Shown: piece after piece, positions 38,700 through 52,300 of the stretch
Numbering within the stretch: the first letter of the stretch is position 1
Layout of the letters: each line of letters starts with the position of its first letter
Translations under genes and position numbers: made by a program
The notes under the pieces: model-generated
The model's input: only the letters and a program-made list of their open reading frames with translations
Told to the model about the DNA's origin: nothing
The model's database searches: none
NCBI GenBank assembly: GCA_024704765.1
Contig: JAKMXF010000111.1
Span: 1,809,627-1,873,626 of the forward strand
Direction of reading: 5' to 3'
From: Oopsacas minuta
Lineage: Eukaryota > Animalia > Porifera
Length of the DNA: 64,000 nt

Positions 38700-39560
38700 T
38701 CTGTAAATACAAGTCGACTAGGACGTACTGGATATAACGTACTTTTTTCTCTCCCTGAGGTACGTTATATCCAATTTCTACTCTAGTTCTATATGTTGGG
38801 GGAGGTCGGGCCGGTGTATCTCCTGATAACCCTCGGGGAGCCTCCTGTAAGAGCAGATTCGATTGGAATCCACCTCTTCCCAAGCAGATTTGTCCTCTTG
38901 CGAAGTCGGATGTAACACTGTCAAAGAATCCCATCAAATCTCTTCCTAAGAGAAGTGTGTGTTCCTCAATTTCTAGAATGTAGAAGTAAGTCGTAGCTGC
39001 TCCTTTCCCTATTTGACGTCTGTCTGAACCTTACCCAGGCAGGTCCTGGTGCTTGACACAGAGAATACATGGCTCTACGTTAGTTCTAGTAATCGCTTAT
39101 GGCCAACTGGCCTAGTTTTGTGATCTATCACTGATGGATTCGCTCCAGTATTGAGCACGGCGGAAACTTCTTTCCCCCTCAGAGTGACCAAATCCTCATT
39201 ACCACCGACGTTGCAGACTTTCCTAGCGATGCCCTGCCTGAAACCCTCCTTGCCCGCTATCAGAATCCTACTGTTTGGCCCTCTTGCTGGGCTCCTGAAG
39301 TGCGAGTGCTCTTATCTGCCAGGTTCACCCAGCTTTGGCACCACTCCATATCATGTCCTTTATCTCCACAATTATTACAAAACCTCTTAACACATTGATG
39401 CCACATATGTCCTCTCCTTCCACAGGTAACAACATTTGATGTCGCTTCTCCATCGTAGAAGGCTACTTTCTATGTTTGCTAGGTATAGTTGTGTGTATTC
39501 TGTGTATAACCTCATCTTCTTACCAATTGAACTGACATCACTCCCCGTGCCCTTTCGGAT
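38700..39560 (-). pseudogene. Ty3/Gypsy-like LTR retrotransposon gag C-terminus and protease remnant
   Basis: Two tandem CCHC knuckles: C-VT-C-GRRG-H-MWHQ-C (with a 1-nt insertion) and C-NN-C-GDKG-H-DMEW-C (39338-39379). Followed by VSAVLNTGANPSVID (DTG motif, mutated) and FYILE..LLLGRDL. Confidence 0.75.
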
Positions 39561-39561
39561 G

Positions 39562-40554
39562 TCTGGAAGGCCGTCCGTGCTCAGTAACCACCCCCAGCTT
39601 AGGGACAGTCATCGCCCAGCGAATTCGCCGAAATCCTAGACGTTCCATAAGGAAAATGGCTCTAGTTCCGAAAGTATCAAGATGTGCAATGACTAAAATT
39701 GTGAAAAGGGATTTAGGGATGAGTTCATTCAAGCGTAAGAAGGTATACTTCCTTTCTCAATTGGTAAAGGAAAAAGGGTTGCAAGATGCAAAGGTGCGTT
39801 GGGCCGGTACGCTGTTGAAAATCTAGAAAAAATATTATTTTCAGATGAGAAAATATTCACTATCCAGGAGGCAACCAATGTACAAAATGATCGTATTTGC
39901 ATCATCTCCTTCCAAAGTCGACGAGAAGTTCAGATATGTTAGCCGAATACAGAACCCTAAATCGGTGATGGTTTGGGCAGGGGTGTCAAAAATGGGCCGG
40001 ACACCATTGGCTTTTGTACCACAAGGGGTAAAAATCAATTCAATTAATTATCGAGAAATGGTTTTGGAGCCAGTATTGAATAATATAGGCGGAGACATGT
40101 TCGGAGGTACTTCATTTGTTTTCCAGCAAGACGGGGCGCCAGCACACACTTCTAATGTTACCCAGTCATGGTTGCATGATAATTTTCCTGGCTTTATAAC
40201 CAAGGAAGAATGGCCTCCTTACAGTCCTGATCTGAATCCCATGGATTATTCTGTGTGGTCAATTCTCGAGACGAAAGCTTGTGTTAACTCTCACACAAGT
40301 ATCAAGTCACTGAAGAGGAAACTTTGCCAAGAGTGGAATAAAATTCCCCTAAAAACCCTCCGTGCTGCTATTGAGGCCTTGCCAGATCGAATTACACGTG
40401 TAAGACAAAATAAGGGAGGCTATATTGAATAAAATTCGCGAAATATGTTTTGTCTCTGAATCATAAATTAGAGCAATAAATATCATTACCAAGCTATATA
40501 TATTTATTGACAAATAATAGTTTTTGCATGGGACAGAACATAAAAGCCACCCTG
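39562..40554 (+). mobile_element. 3' portion of a maT (DD37D) element whose 5' portion is at 57726-58048
   Basis: Begins abruptly at SGRP. Contains IIFSDEKIF, QQDGAPAH and SPDLNPMDY. 3' TIR gggacagaacataaaagccaccctg followed by TA. Confidence 0.88.
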
Positions 40555-40556
40555 TA

Positions 40557-40812
40557 GTAACTAAATTGAATTCTAGAAAGAAGTACATCAGGGGAGAATC
40601 ACAATATATTAATAATGGGGATATGTTATAATTATTATAGCAAGAATTTTTTTGATTTCATAAATTTTTGTATAATCTGTAAAAAAAAAAATCAATGGTA
40701 GGAAATTTTTTTGGAGTGTACTATATTCGGATTCCTCATAAAATTCTGTATAAGAAAGTGAAAAAATCTCAACGAGCTAATTTTTTTTCTCATGTGTTTT
40801 CAGTTACCCGTG
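40557..40812 (-). mobile_element. Displaced outer left TIR of the Chapaev element at 58051-60709
   Basis: Homologous to 60455-60709. Terminus reads CACGGGTA on the minus strand. The flank tatt (AATA on the minus strand) matches AATA at 60710-60713. Confidence 0.85.
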
Positions 40813-41004
40813 TATTGAGAAGATTAATATGTATACGGAGGTCTCAACTTGAAGCATCTATCGTATGCTGAAGGAAGACAACGGAGTTAAGAAAGTTTGT
40901 ACTCGATGGGTTGCTCAATATATCCAGAGTGCCAAAATTAACAACTTATAGAATGTTATAAAGAACTCCGTCTACAACCTGAACAATGTGAGGTACGTAG
41001 ACTA

Positions 41005-42347
41005 CAGGGTGTAACATAATTGATGACTTCCAGAAAAAATATACATAAATTAACGTTCGATGAATTCACTGTCCAATCTATTTTCCTATATATCCGCCTT
41101 TATATTTGAGACATGTTTTAATCCTTTTGGGCATACCGCTCACCAGATTGTCGAGAATCTCAGGGGAAATCTGAGACCATGCCAGTTTCAGCTGTTTTTC
41201 AAGCATATTTAGATTGGTTGCTACTTCCATTTCATTAACTTTGCTTTGGATGATGGTCCATAAATTCTCCATTGGGTTTAAGTCTGGCGAGTTGCCTGGC
41301 CAAATATCTTTCTCCCCAAAGGAATTCAAATTGTCTTTACACCAATCTTGAGTCTTTATGGCATTATGAGCTGGTGCCCCGTCCTGCTGAAAGATGTACC
41401 TGGACATGTTTGGGAGTAATCTTCTGACTAGAATAGATCCCAGTGTTCCTTTTCCTCCTTAGTGCGATCTTCAGAGACTTCTTCAGTATTTCTTCGATAT
41501 AATATTTTGCAGTAACTGTACAGGACTTAGGTATAATATGCAGTTCTGATATCGCATTGTATGACATCATTCCCCAAACATGTATCTTAGAAGGAAATTT
41601 AATTTTCCCATGAGGGGCCACTGATTCTTTCTCCCTTGCCCATGCACGATCATTTTGTCTATTAGATGTGTGGAATAATTCATAGGGGATTCATCAGACA
41701 ATAACACCATACGCCAATCTTGAACAGTCCAATTAACTCTCTGTTTACAGAAAGAAATCCGATCTTTAATCTGTTTTTCGGATAATCTTGGCTGAAGCGG
41801 TCTTTTATAACTAGTTGCTCCAATAGAATTCTTGAGATACCTTTGGACAGTCATATGTGATGCTATAATACCCTTAGACTTAGGTTCTCTCGACAATTTT
41901 CTTGTAGATTGGTGTTTCTTTGTTAGTGACTTAGAAATAATGATTTTCCAATTTTGATAAGGAAACCTTCCGTCCTCTACCACGTTTATTTTCCAATGAG
42001 ATTCCCTTCTGGTATTGAGTCCACCATCGTCCGACAGTACGCCAGGATGCTCCAAGTAAATTGCAAGCACGTCTTTGCGTCATCCCACCTAATAACATCC
42101 CTACAGCTTGGTTTCTAATATTGATCTTGTGTTCTTTGACCATGATTTGCTAAGATATTAGGGAGCATAAACTATTAAATATTTTTGGACATAGACATGA
42201 ACATTAGTATGAAAATGCATAAATAATGGTACCAGAGGATTGATATAATCGGATAATGGCAAAACTTTTACTATAGTTAAATAAATATGAGTGCGGTTGT
42301 ATAGTATATAGGTACAGTGAAGTAGTCATCAATTATGTTACACCCTG
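41005..42347 (-). mobile_element. Tc1/mariner DD37E element
   Basis: Perfect TA-flanked 24-bp TIRs cagggtgtaacataattgatgact. Motifs LSDESP, QQDGAPAH and SPDLNPMENLW, with D-37-E spacing. Frameshifted. Confidence 0.92.
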
Positions 42348-42720
42348 TAACGATATAGTGACCATAGATGAGACTTGGATTTACTATTCTCAGTCGAAGT
42401 CTAAGCAGAAATCTATGTGCTGGCTTCATCCTGATGATCAAGCCCTAAATATCCCCGTCCAGAGTTCAAAAGCACTATTAGAGTGTCGACCGAGAAATAG
42501 TTCACGTGGAATCAAGCTTTTGTACGATAATGCAAGAAGCCACAAGAATAAACAGTTGGCGAATTCACAAGTGATATGACGATGCAAATCTTGATCACGC
42601 TCACTATTCCCCTGACCTAAGTTCTTATGACTTTTGGCTGTTTTCAGGCAAAGAGTTTATAAGTCCTATGGGTATCCTTTTCGGGATCCATAAATATCTG
42701 GAGTCCATTACACCGACATA

Positions 42721-44024
42721 CAGGGTGGGTGGGGCATAAGTTCTGCCACATGGTTAAACTTCGATATGATTTCTAATAAGCACAGTATCATCCTGATACT
42801 TTACAAGTGAATACTATATGCATTCATTATCAATATTACAAATTATTTTTCAATAAAGCTACCTTTTGCGTTATAACAGTTTGTAGTCTCTTGGGAAAGC
42901 ATTAACAGCGGCACATAGGGTTTCCTGAGGTATCCTCTCCCATTCTCGACACAATGCCCTTTTCAATGATTCTACATTAGTGTGAGACTTTGAACAAGCA
43001 TTAGTTTCCAAGATTGACCAAATGGAATAGTCCATTGGGTTCAAATCAGGACTGTAGGGTGGCCATTCCTCCTTCCCAATAAAATTAGGATTATTGCTCC
43101 GAAGCCATGCTTGTGTAGCATTAGATGTATGAGCTGGAGCACCGTCCTGTTGAGACACAAATGGTTTTCCAGACAACATCGTACGACTCAGTTCTTTTAC
43201 AACAGGCTTTAATACAAGCTCTCGGTAGGTCTGAGTGTGGATTTTCACTCCTGCACATACAAAAATAAGTGATGTCCGGCTAATTGCAAACATTTCTGCC
43301 CATGCCATCACTGAGAGAGGTTTTTGTATCCGACTAACACATCAAAGTTCTTCAGAGATGTTTTCAAGTGAGGATGAGATGATACGATCGTTTTCGGGTT
43401 ATGCGTTTCCTCTATGAAAAATAATTTCTCATCAGTAAATACAAAAGATTCAAGACCATGGATTGCGTGCCAGTTTAGTAGTCCCTTGCTCCTCGTAACT
43501 CTTTTGCCCTTCACTAAGCCCGAGATGGTGCACTCGCTTTCGCTTGAAAGAACGCATCTCAAAGTCTCTTTTAACAACTCGTCCGATAGATCTATGAGAT
43601 CTTAAGATCAGAGGTCATATTCCTCATTGAACGGCGGGGATTCCTGTGAATCCGTTCCCTCAATGCCTTTTTACGCCTTTGAGTGGTAACAGAGCGTGGA
43701 CGACCAGGCCTGCCTTTGTCATTCATCCGTCCAGTAACTGTATATCGCTTAAGAGTTCTATATATCAACGTCCTTCTACTATTGGGAAATTTTAGTATTT
43801 TTTGAATATTTCTGATGGAGTTTTCCACTCCTCAAATAATAGAATACTCTTGATCGTTCCTGGTCCATTAAAATTCTGTCAAGATTATAGACACAAGAAA
43901 TATTACTATATTACAACACCCAAACACATAATACAATGTAGCTAAGGGGCAAATAAGAGTTGAATGTTGGAAGAAATATTGTGGTAACCTTATAATAATG
44001 TGGCAGAACTTATGCCCCACCCTA
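42721..44024 (-). mobile_element. maT (DD37D) element
   Basis: TA-flanked TIRs containing gggcataagttctgccacat. Motifs FTDEKLF, QQDGAPAH and SPDLNPMDY. Confidence 0.9.
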
Positions 44025-45289
44025 TAGTGCAAAATACACTTAACCCCTGCATGGATAGACCGATTGTAAGAGTTCCTTTGTGTTAAGGTTAACTATTTCG
44101 AAATATATACTTGAGGCATTCAAAAAATGCCCATCCTGGTTTATTGCAGCCAAACTCTACTCGATTACATGAGATACATAGTATATCCAAATAGTCCTAT
44201 CAATTAGCTATTTAATGCTGTTGAGCAATTCACTCTGGCTATCATATATCTTGATCTATCCTTTTTCCGAGAGTCAACTTTTCATGGCTCAAAACAAATA
44301 TCAAGCACAACCGAACAACGAGCTTACATAAAGATTCATACTGTACTCGGAGACAAACAATTCCAGATACATGAAGATCTAGTCACCGTTTATCATGGGG
44401 AAGCTTTACGTATCCCACTGTAAAGGAATGGGAACGTAAATTCAAGGCTGATAGGGGCAGCATTGAAGATCACAATCGGACCATAAGACCAATTCTCGCT
44501 ACCATCCCTGAAATTGCCTCTCAAATTCTGGAACTATGGATATTGACCCAATTTGAGCGTTGAAGAGATTGCCGTAATCCTAGACCTCATATCGGGAAGA
44601 GTTCATACAATTCTTACGATTTTCTCGCATATCGAAAGATTTCAGCGCGATGGATACCAAAAATCCCCACAAAGGGGCAAAAGGAGAAAAAGGTTTCATG
44701 CACTAAAGATTTCTTAAACAATATAGAGGTTATGATTCTCGAAGATTATATGAAATTGTTACTGGTGACGAAACTTGGATTAACTTTTCTGAACCTCCAA
44801 AAAGGTTCTTATCCCCCGAAAAGGCACGTCCGGTCTTCCGAGAAGATATGGTTCTCTACAGCATATTTATTAATGCATATGGGCCAGTTGCTCAAATAGC
44901 TGTGCCTAAAGGAGAACAACTCAATGTGGAATTTTACTCAAATAAATGCCTGAGAGAAGTCGAGAAAATCTATAAAACACGAAGTCCGCGTACGGGAACT
45001 CGAGGAATTAAACATCTCCACGATAATGCTAGACCACATATTTCAAAATACGTTAGGGAAATTAATGAGGAAATCGAGTTTGAAACGATGGAACATCCTC
45101 CTTATTCCCTAGATCTATCACTTTGTGATTTCTGGTTATTTCCTGAACTGAAAAACAGCTCGGAGGACTGCTATTTCATCCCCAACAATTGTTAGGAAAC
45201 AGGATTTAGCACTACCACAATTCAGTGAGCAGAGGCGAGTATAAAAAAAATTTTCGAAGTGGGTTGAAAGGCTACAACTGTGTATAGAT

Positions 45290-48200
45290 TAGGGTTTTTA
45301 ATCCCGGGATCCCGAAGGTTATTGTTTCGGGATATCTTCTTGATTGCATATTGACATGCTCTATGATCATTATGTACATTTGTGTATTGCGTTGAAATGA
45401 TTTAGGGATTTAATTGGTTTCGTATTGTTAATACTGAATGAAATATGTTTTCAATATGAATAAGACACCAAAATTAATAAATGCTTAACTAATCAGAGAA
45501 TTCAAGCAAACATGTAAGGTGCCACTCAACCATTATAACTATTCAAACTTCAAATATAAGGTGAATCGTCAGAAAAGCCTCAATTTCATTCTAAATCGTA
45601 ATTGTTGCATTATCGTTATATCGTACCTTGAATGGCTGGAAAAGTTATGTTTCAAGAGTTTGCAGGATCTAAAATTTGGAACCATTTTAAGTGCTCGGTA
45701 TGTGGGAAATTAGCTGAGTGTAATTCCTGTAAAAAGGTACTTAAATGCGAAGGGGGATCAACAAAGGGGCTACACAATCATCTTAAATCACAGCACCAAA
45801 TTGATTTATTGAAACGCTCAAATATTGAAGAAAGTGCTATCTCACATACGTGTGCGGTTAGGAAATTAGATTATTACATGAACGACGCTAGCCTACCAGC
45901 TGTGTTAGCCAGGATGACAGCTTGCGATGGGCTTTCATTTAATATATTTACTACATCAATGGACTTGAGAAAACCTCTTGCTGCACTAGGACTTTCATTA
46001 CCAAGATCTGTTGTCGGAATAAGAGATCAAGTGCTAAAATATGGTCAGCAATTAAGCCAAGATATTACCAGAAATCTAAGCATTATTAAATCAAAAGGTC
46101 AATATTTCAGTCTTACCCTTGATGAATGGACATCCTTGCAAAACAAAAGATATCTCAATATTAATATACATGGCATTGGGTTCTTTTGGAACTTAGGATT
46201 GGTAAGGATTAAGGGAAGATTTTCTTCAGAGGCTTGTTCCAAGATAATCTCACTTAAACTAAAAGAATTTGGAATTGAATTCGAAACAGATGTCATTTCT
46301 ATCACAACACAGACGGGTGTCCAATGATGAAGAAGTTGGGGAAAATAATACCCACAAGTCAGCAGTTATGCTATGTACATGGACTCCAGCTTGTAATAAA
46401 AGACGTTATCTATCAAAAACAACTTAGTGAAACTGAAGAAATTTATTCTAGTACAAGTGAAACCGATGAAGATATGGAAATGTTTGATGATTTTAATGAT
46501 GATGGATTCATTGTTTCGGAATCGATGGACCCTCAGAATACTCTTGCACTAAATTTTGACATCTCCAAAATAGTAACCAAAGTACGTAGAATTGTGAAAA
46601 TGTTCAAGCGATCGCCTTTGAAGAATGAAACATTGCAAACGTATGTGAAAGAGATTTATCCAAATGGGCTGAATGTGGTTCTTGATTGTAAGACTAGATG
46701 AAGCTCACTTGTGAATATGCTCGAGAGGATAATTCAGATCAAAATACCAATACAGTGTGTTCGGAAATTATTAGGACTGATTATAAATTTATTATACCAT
46801 GAATTCATGACTCGTAGAGATTTCTCGTTTTAACACTAAGTTAAAATACATATAGTTGAAGAAATACTAGCATTATTATCACACTCTATCAATAATTAAA
46901 TTTTTCCCAGCATTGTCTAAACACAATCTAATTCTTTTGGGCATTGAAGTGCAAAAGGGACGAGAAAGTCTGGATCAAATGTTGCCCATATGTCCTGAAT
47001 TGCCTGCTTTAAGTGGCTTACAGATTTAGGATGAAGTACAATCAACCTCCTTTTCAAAACTGCCCACAGATTCTCAATGGGCGCTAGGTCTGGACTATTT
47101 GGCGGCCAATCAATTCTAAGGGGGACGAACTCCGTCTTCCACCCCTTAGCTGCTCTGCCAGTGTGCACAGGACTGTTATCCTCCCGGAAAACCCAGCTAT
47201 CTCCGTATTTTGCGTTAGCCTCCTCAATAAGATACTCGCGAAGCGTGGAAATATACACCACCTGATTGAAATTTTCTGGGAAAATCCTCAGATGTGTAGT
47301 CCCCATCATCGAAATTCCACCCCAAAGATGAACTTTAGATGGATGCCTGAAGGTCGGCAAATGAACCGTTTGTCCGTTTTTAATCCACAGGTTGACTCTT
47401 CCAGAGTCAAGCCAAACTGAACATTCATCAGTAAAGAAGGTCTTACTCAGTCAAAACACTTCATTTCTTTACACCAGGCGATTCTTTTGGAAACATGGAG
47501 GTCGGTGAGTGCTGGAACTCGGACAGCCCGCTTGCTGACAAAGTTTTGCCTCTTTACCTGAGCATGAAGAGTACTTATGGATACAGGAGAGCTCAATCTC
47601 GGTAGTATAGAGCGTAGAGAGGTCCTCGGATTGCTTTGATACAAAGCAGCTATCCTTCTTTTGTCATTTGCTTTGATTTTTGAAGGACGACCAGCACCCC
47701 TTTTGTGCTGAAGGCTTTTTTTATCTTTTATCAGATTCAAGACACGATGTACAGTCTGCTTAGGTATACTTGTTCGCTGGCAGATATCCACTCCTTTGGT
47801 AATTCCTGCATTGTATAGTATCTCTATTTGATTTCTACGCTGTTGTTGGGTAGAGTGCATGTACATTGTACAAAATATGCAGTCTTAGATCACGGAAAAG
47901 GGGTCTCGAAATATATATAGGTATATTTGCTTGGGAATCACAATATTTCAGCTAAACAAACGATTATTATGTGAAATAGCGAATCTATTGGTTTTCTAAC
48001 AATTATAGGAAGTGTATATATACAGTAAGGTAAATGGTTGTACAATATGCGCATAACCTGATGTCCTTCATGGTGATTCAAGTTAATCATGAAAAGTCCT
48101 AATAATATCCGAACATACTGTACATAAAGCTCTGTTAGATTTTGGTGAACATATATGCCTTAGCGACCAAGAAATTGCGGCTATCTCTTCTATAGTTGAA

Positions 48201-49094
48201 GCTTCGAATCCAATTAAGATTGCTTTAGAATCCTTATGTAGAAGAGATACAAATTTAATTACAGCAGAAGCAACTATAAAATTTCTATTGGAAGATATTC
48301 AGAAATCTAACACACATTATCATGCACAAATCCTGGAGGGATTAAGCCAGCGGATGGTTCAAGAGAGGTACACTGAAGTTTCAGCGATACTTCAATGCTT
48401 ACATAATCCTTCGGCACGACTTGTAAAAAAGACTGTAGTAAACACATTTTGTGCTGATTTGTTATCAAGAACTCGAAGGAAAGGAATTGAAGATGAGGAA
48501 CATGTGAGTGAAGAAGTATTCATGGTACCTTACTCACCTAATATGGCTGAAAGCATATCTGACCTAGATGATATCTCCCTCGCAAAAAGATTACAATTAG
48601 CGATAGACGCATCGATGAAAAAGCCAGAAGATATACAAGTTCAACATTCATTATTCAATTTATTGAAATATGAACAGGAAAACGAGGATATCATTTGGAA
48701 AAGGTATATCAAATGCTACTAACAATACCTGCAACCTCAGTCGAAGCGGAACGAGCATTTTCTTGTTCGGCATATTTATGTAACAAATTTAGAACAAGAC
48801 TCAATGATAGCACTTTGGATACGCTAGCAATCATAAGGGCCAACAAGAAAAAAATTGATGATAGACTAAATACGCTTATTACTCATTCATATTCATCTTG
48901 TACCCCATATGTACCCCTATATTATACTTTCATTCTATCAGACTATCATATAATTAAACAAATTTAAAAATTGCTAGAGAGATAACTATCATCATTTATC
49001 AAGGGATTCCCGGAAATTTCCGGGATCCCGGGATTTTAAATATGGAAATCCTGAAATCCCGGGATTATAAAAAGAGTCCGAATTAAGAACCCTA
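45290..49094 (+). mobile_element. hAT element (BED finger, ZBED-like) interrupted by a Tc1
   Basis: TIRs tagggtt(t/c)ttaat and perfect 8-bp TSD GTATAGAT. Motifs WNHF..CNSC..LHNHLKSQH, LTLDEWTS, CYVHGLQL, KTR* and PATSVEAERAFS. Subterminal cccggga repeats. Confidence 0.92.
46753..48120 (-). mobile_element. Tc1 (DD34E) element
   Basis: TA-flanked TIRs cagt(g/a)tgttcgga(a/t)attattaggact. ORFs 47447-47866 and 46917-47360 contain FREDNSPVH..SPDLAPIENLW, with D-34-E spacing. Confidence 0.92.
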
Positions 49095-49399
49095 GTATAG
49101 ATGTGTAAGGGGAGTATTTCGAACGTTTTATGAAGAAATTTGATTAGTAAGATGTTGTAGTGTCATGATATATAACAAAAATGGGAATATTTGAATGCAC
49201 TAAGTATTTTATACACATGTCAGTCATTGTTATATAATTATATTGGTGAAAGTAATCAGTTGTATGCATGAGATCATTGGAAAAATGATAACCAATGTAT
49301 ATGAAACGAGAAATATAATCAGAGAGTTTGATATATGATAATGTATGCATTTATTTTCCCGGTTTTCGCAAATCTAGCAGTATCGAAGCTTCAGGATTG

Positions 49400-52300
49400 C
49401 TTTGAATCCTCAAACGTTCGGTTCAATAATGAATTTATTGATATACTCATTAGTGATGTCACCACTCACCAGTAACATCAATTTCCACGAAATTAACGAT
49501 TGGATTAATTGGGGACACTAATGTTATCCCCACTACGTTAAATTCGAAGAGATTGGCGTAATTTGTATATCCACATCATCAAGGTTGTTTGAAATTGCTG
49601 GGTGTAGTACCAAGGGACGTGAAATTTTCTAAAAGTTAGTACTTCACACTCTATCTGTCCATAGCTACGAAAAACTGTCCCAAAGTACATGTACATAATC
49701 AAACATTATAGAGAATGTATAATATATAACTACGGATAAAGTCTACACTGCTGGCCATAATTGACACCTCGCACCAAAGGCATGTCATCTTAGTTGTAAG
49801 GGTAAAGATGATTTTAAACAATATTGAACTCTAAATTATCATAAACAACGAATGATAGCAAGCAATTGTTCTACTTTCAGGGATCTCCATCGAATCCTTC
49901 AACGTATTATTACTTGTACCATAAGTAGTATAGTGTTCTAATACTTTTGGCCAAGTAGTGCACAATTTTTTCATTTTGAAATATTATTAGTTTATTCATA
50001 GCATACGTAATTGTCTAAATTTTTCAAGGTTTTCACTTTCCCGTTTATATACATAATTCCTCATGTGCAATAGAAGCAGCAACTAGATTATCAAAATATA
50101 TATGCTGTAGAACCTCGTTAGTACAAAGGTACTCTGGTTATGGAGCACACATTTGTATCTACACACCCGTAATTTCATACAAATAACTCAGGTAAAAACG
50201 AATTTTCAGCTAGTAAGTACAAATTCTGCCGTCTCTTTGTGATACAACATAGTTGATAGCTTCAAAAGATAGAAGATTTTGAATTGAATAAGATCATTCC
50301 AAGGGTACATTCATAGCAGTTGTGCATTTGAGCCACCATCTAAAGTACAAGAGTTTGACAAAATTTTATTGGTCTCTAATTTTGCCAATGGGATAACTGA
50401 AGAATTCGATCCTTCGGTTCGTTAAAGTTTGGGGTTGGGTAACGAAGACAACATTCCTACAATTCAAATTTGGTTATGTTCGTAAAAATCGGAAACACTG
50501 GTATCAATACTCTGTCAAGTTATCAGAAATTTCTATCACTGGTCAACAAACTCCGTCAAGAATATATCTCGATTGAATGTTGTTGCTGGTATTGCTACTT
50601 TCTACTAGGTTGACAGAGTAAGGTCACCAGTAACAACAATTATCACAAGGATGACTTAAGTGGAAATCTAGTCACCCAATATATAAGTACGAAGTTGATA
50701 CAATTTCTATGAACTAGATAGAATGGCCACTTCAATTTCTATTACAAGATGGAGTGTGGTACCCAATGTTTTCAACTTCTATGGCAACCACACTTCCTTA
50801 GATCGTGAAGAGCAGATCACTGTGTTACTAGCTAGAAAGGTATATATTAAGGTAGATTGTCAGTCAGCTTTGTTCGTAGTGATTAGTGTCACGGGTAACT
50901 ACACTCTGTGAATTTGGTTAAAATTGGGAACACTTGTATTCATCCGTATATTCGCACAAATTGGAGAAACCACTGCTGGTACGCTGGTGACACCACCACG
51001 TCAAGTTCTTTGAAATTGGGATCACTTGTTACTATCCTGTGTCAAGTACCAGTCTTGACGGAATGTGGTAACAGATGATGTCAATTTCCACGAATATAAT
51101 GGAATGGATAAACAGACACCAAATTATATACAATAAACATTCTTTTTAACGAGACTCGTTTGGGCAGGCAAAAAGACCGATTAATCCGACGAAGTGTTAA
51201 ATATGCATTATATACCTGATGACACCCAAATTTATTCATGTACGTACAATAGCTTGAAAAATATGCATTATCGTGAGAAGCCAGGTGCTGTTGATTCAAA
51301 ACAGGGGAAATTAGTTGGTTTATAATTAAATCAATTACTAAAATCTTAATAATTCACTAATTAGTACATTTGTCTGAAGTCCACACTACAGACATCCCAA
51401 CAGTCGTAATATCCGATGGGATTTGCATGGAGCAGGCACAGAAAATATGTTGCTAAATTCAATGTATCGTTATATGACAGGTTATACCCGAGGTATGGTG
51501 TATGCAGAATAATGCTGAGAGATTCTGGGCAAACAAAATGAGTCGTTATAAGCCAGGCTTGTCCAACCTACGGCCCGCGAGAGGAATCTATCCGGCCCAC
51601 CAACATGCTCGGGAACTATTACCAGTTGGTGGCTATATTTAATTGAGTGAAACCTATTTGAGTGAACTCAATTAAGAGAAACCCAATATTGCGAAACCAA
51701 ATTGAATGAAACCATTTTCAGAAAAGTGTAATTTCAATAACTTAAAAATCTTAAATACTTTTTAATTTAGTTTTGATTGAGTAATTATGTCACATAACTG
51801 GGTTTCTCTCAACTTGATATAAATTCCAAATAATAAACCATCTTAAACAATATTAAAATAACTACAAAACAAATATGTCAACTCCCGTGATTAAAGCAAA
51901 GAAAAGGAAAAATGATAGTGAATGTCGAGTTTTCAAATCCTCATGGACATTAGATTTTTTCCTCGCAGTACACAACGGATGCTTATTGTGCTTGATATGT
52001 CAGGAGATAATAGCTGTATTCAAAGAGTATAATATCAAACGACATTACTTTACTAAACATGCAGATACATTTGACACGCTTACAGGTCAGGTGAGAATCG
52101 ATCGGGTGAACCTGTTGAAGGATAGATTAACAGTCAACAATCTTTCTTCAAAGCCGTTAAATTAAGTTCTGAGACAGCAACAAAGATCAGCTTTCTGATA
52201 ACAGAAGCGATAGCTAAGAGTGGAAAACCATTGTCTGAAGGGGAAATTGTAAAAGACTGCTTAGACATATTTGCATCTGTGGCATGCCCAGATAAGAACT

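Larger units (their letters stand above)
40817..44105 (+). mobile_element. mariner host element, interrupted by DD37E (41005-42347) and maT (42721-44024); its upstream part lies at ~60714-60760 on the minus strand
   Basis: KKVCTRWVAQ, then across the TA insertion DIVTIDETWIYY, LLYDNARSH, HYSPDLSSYDFWLF, and a C-terminal ..NYFE near 44100. Confidence 0.7.
44110..49413 (+). mobile_element. mariner element interrupted by hAT 45290-49094
   Basis: QRAYIKI.., IVTGDETW, HLHDNARPH and HPPYSLDLSLCDFWLF. The C-terminus RLQLCID..GEYFE rejoins across the hAT TSD. Putative imperfect TIRs ttgaggcattcaaa / tttgaatcctcaa. Confidence 0.7.
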
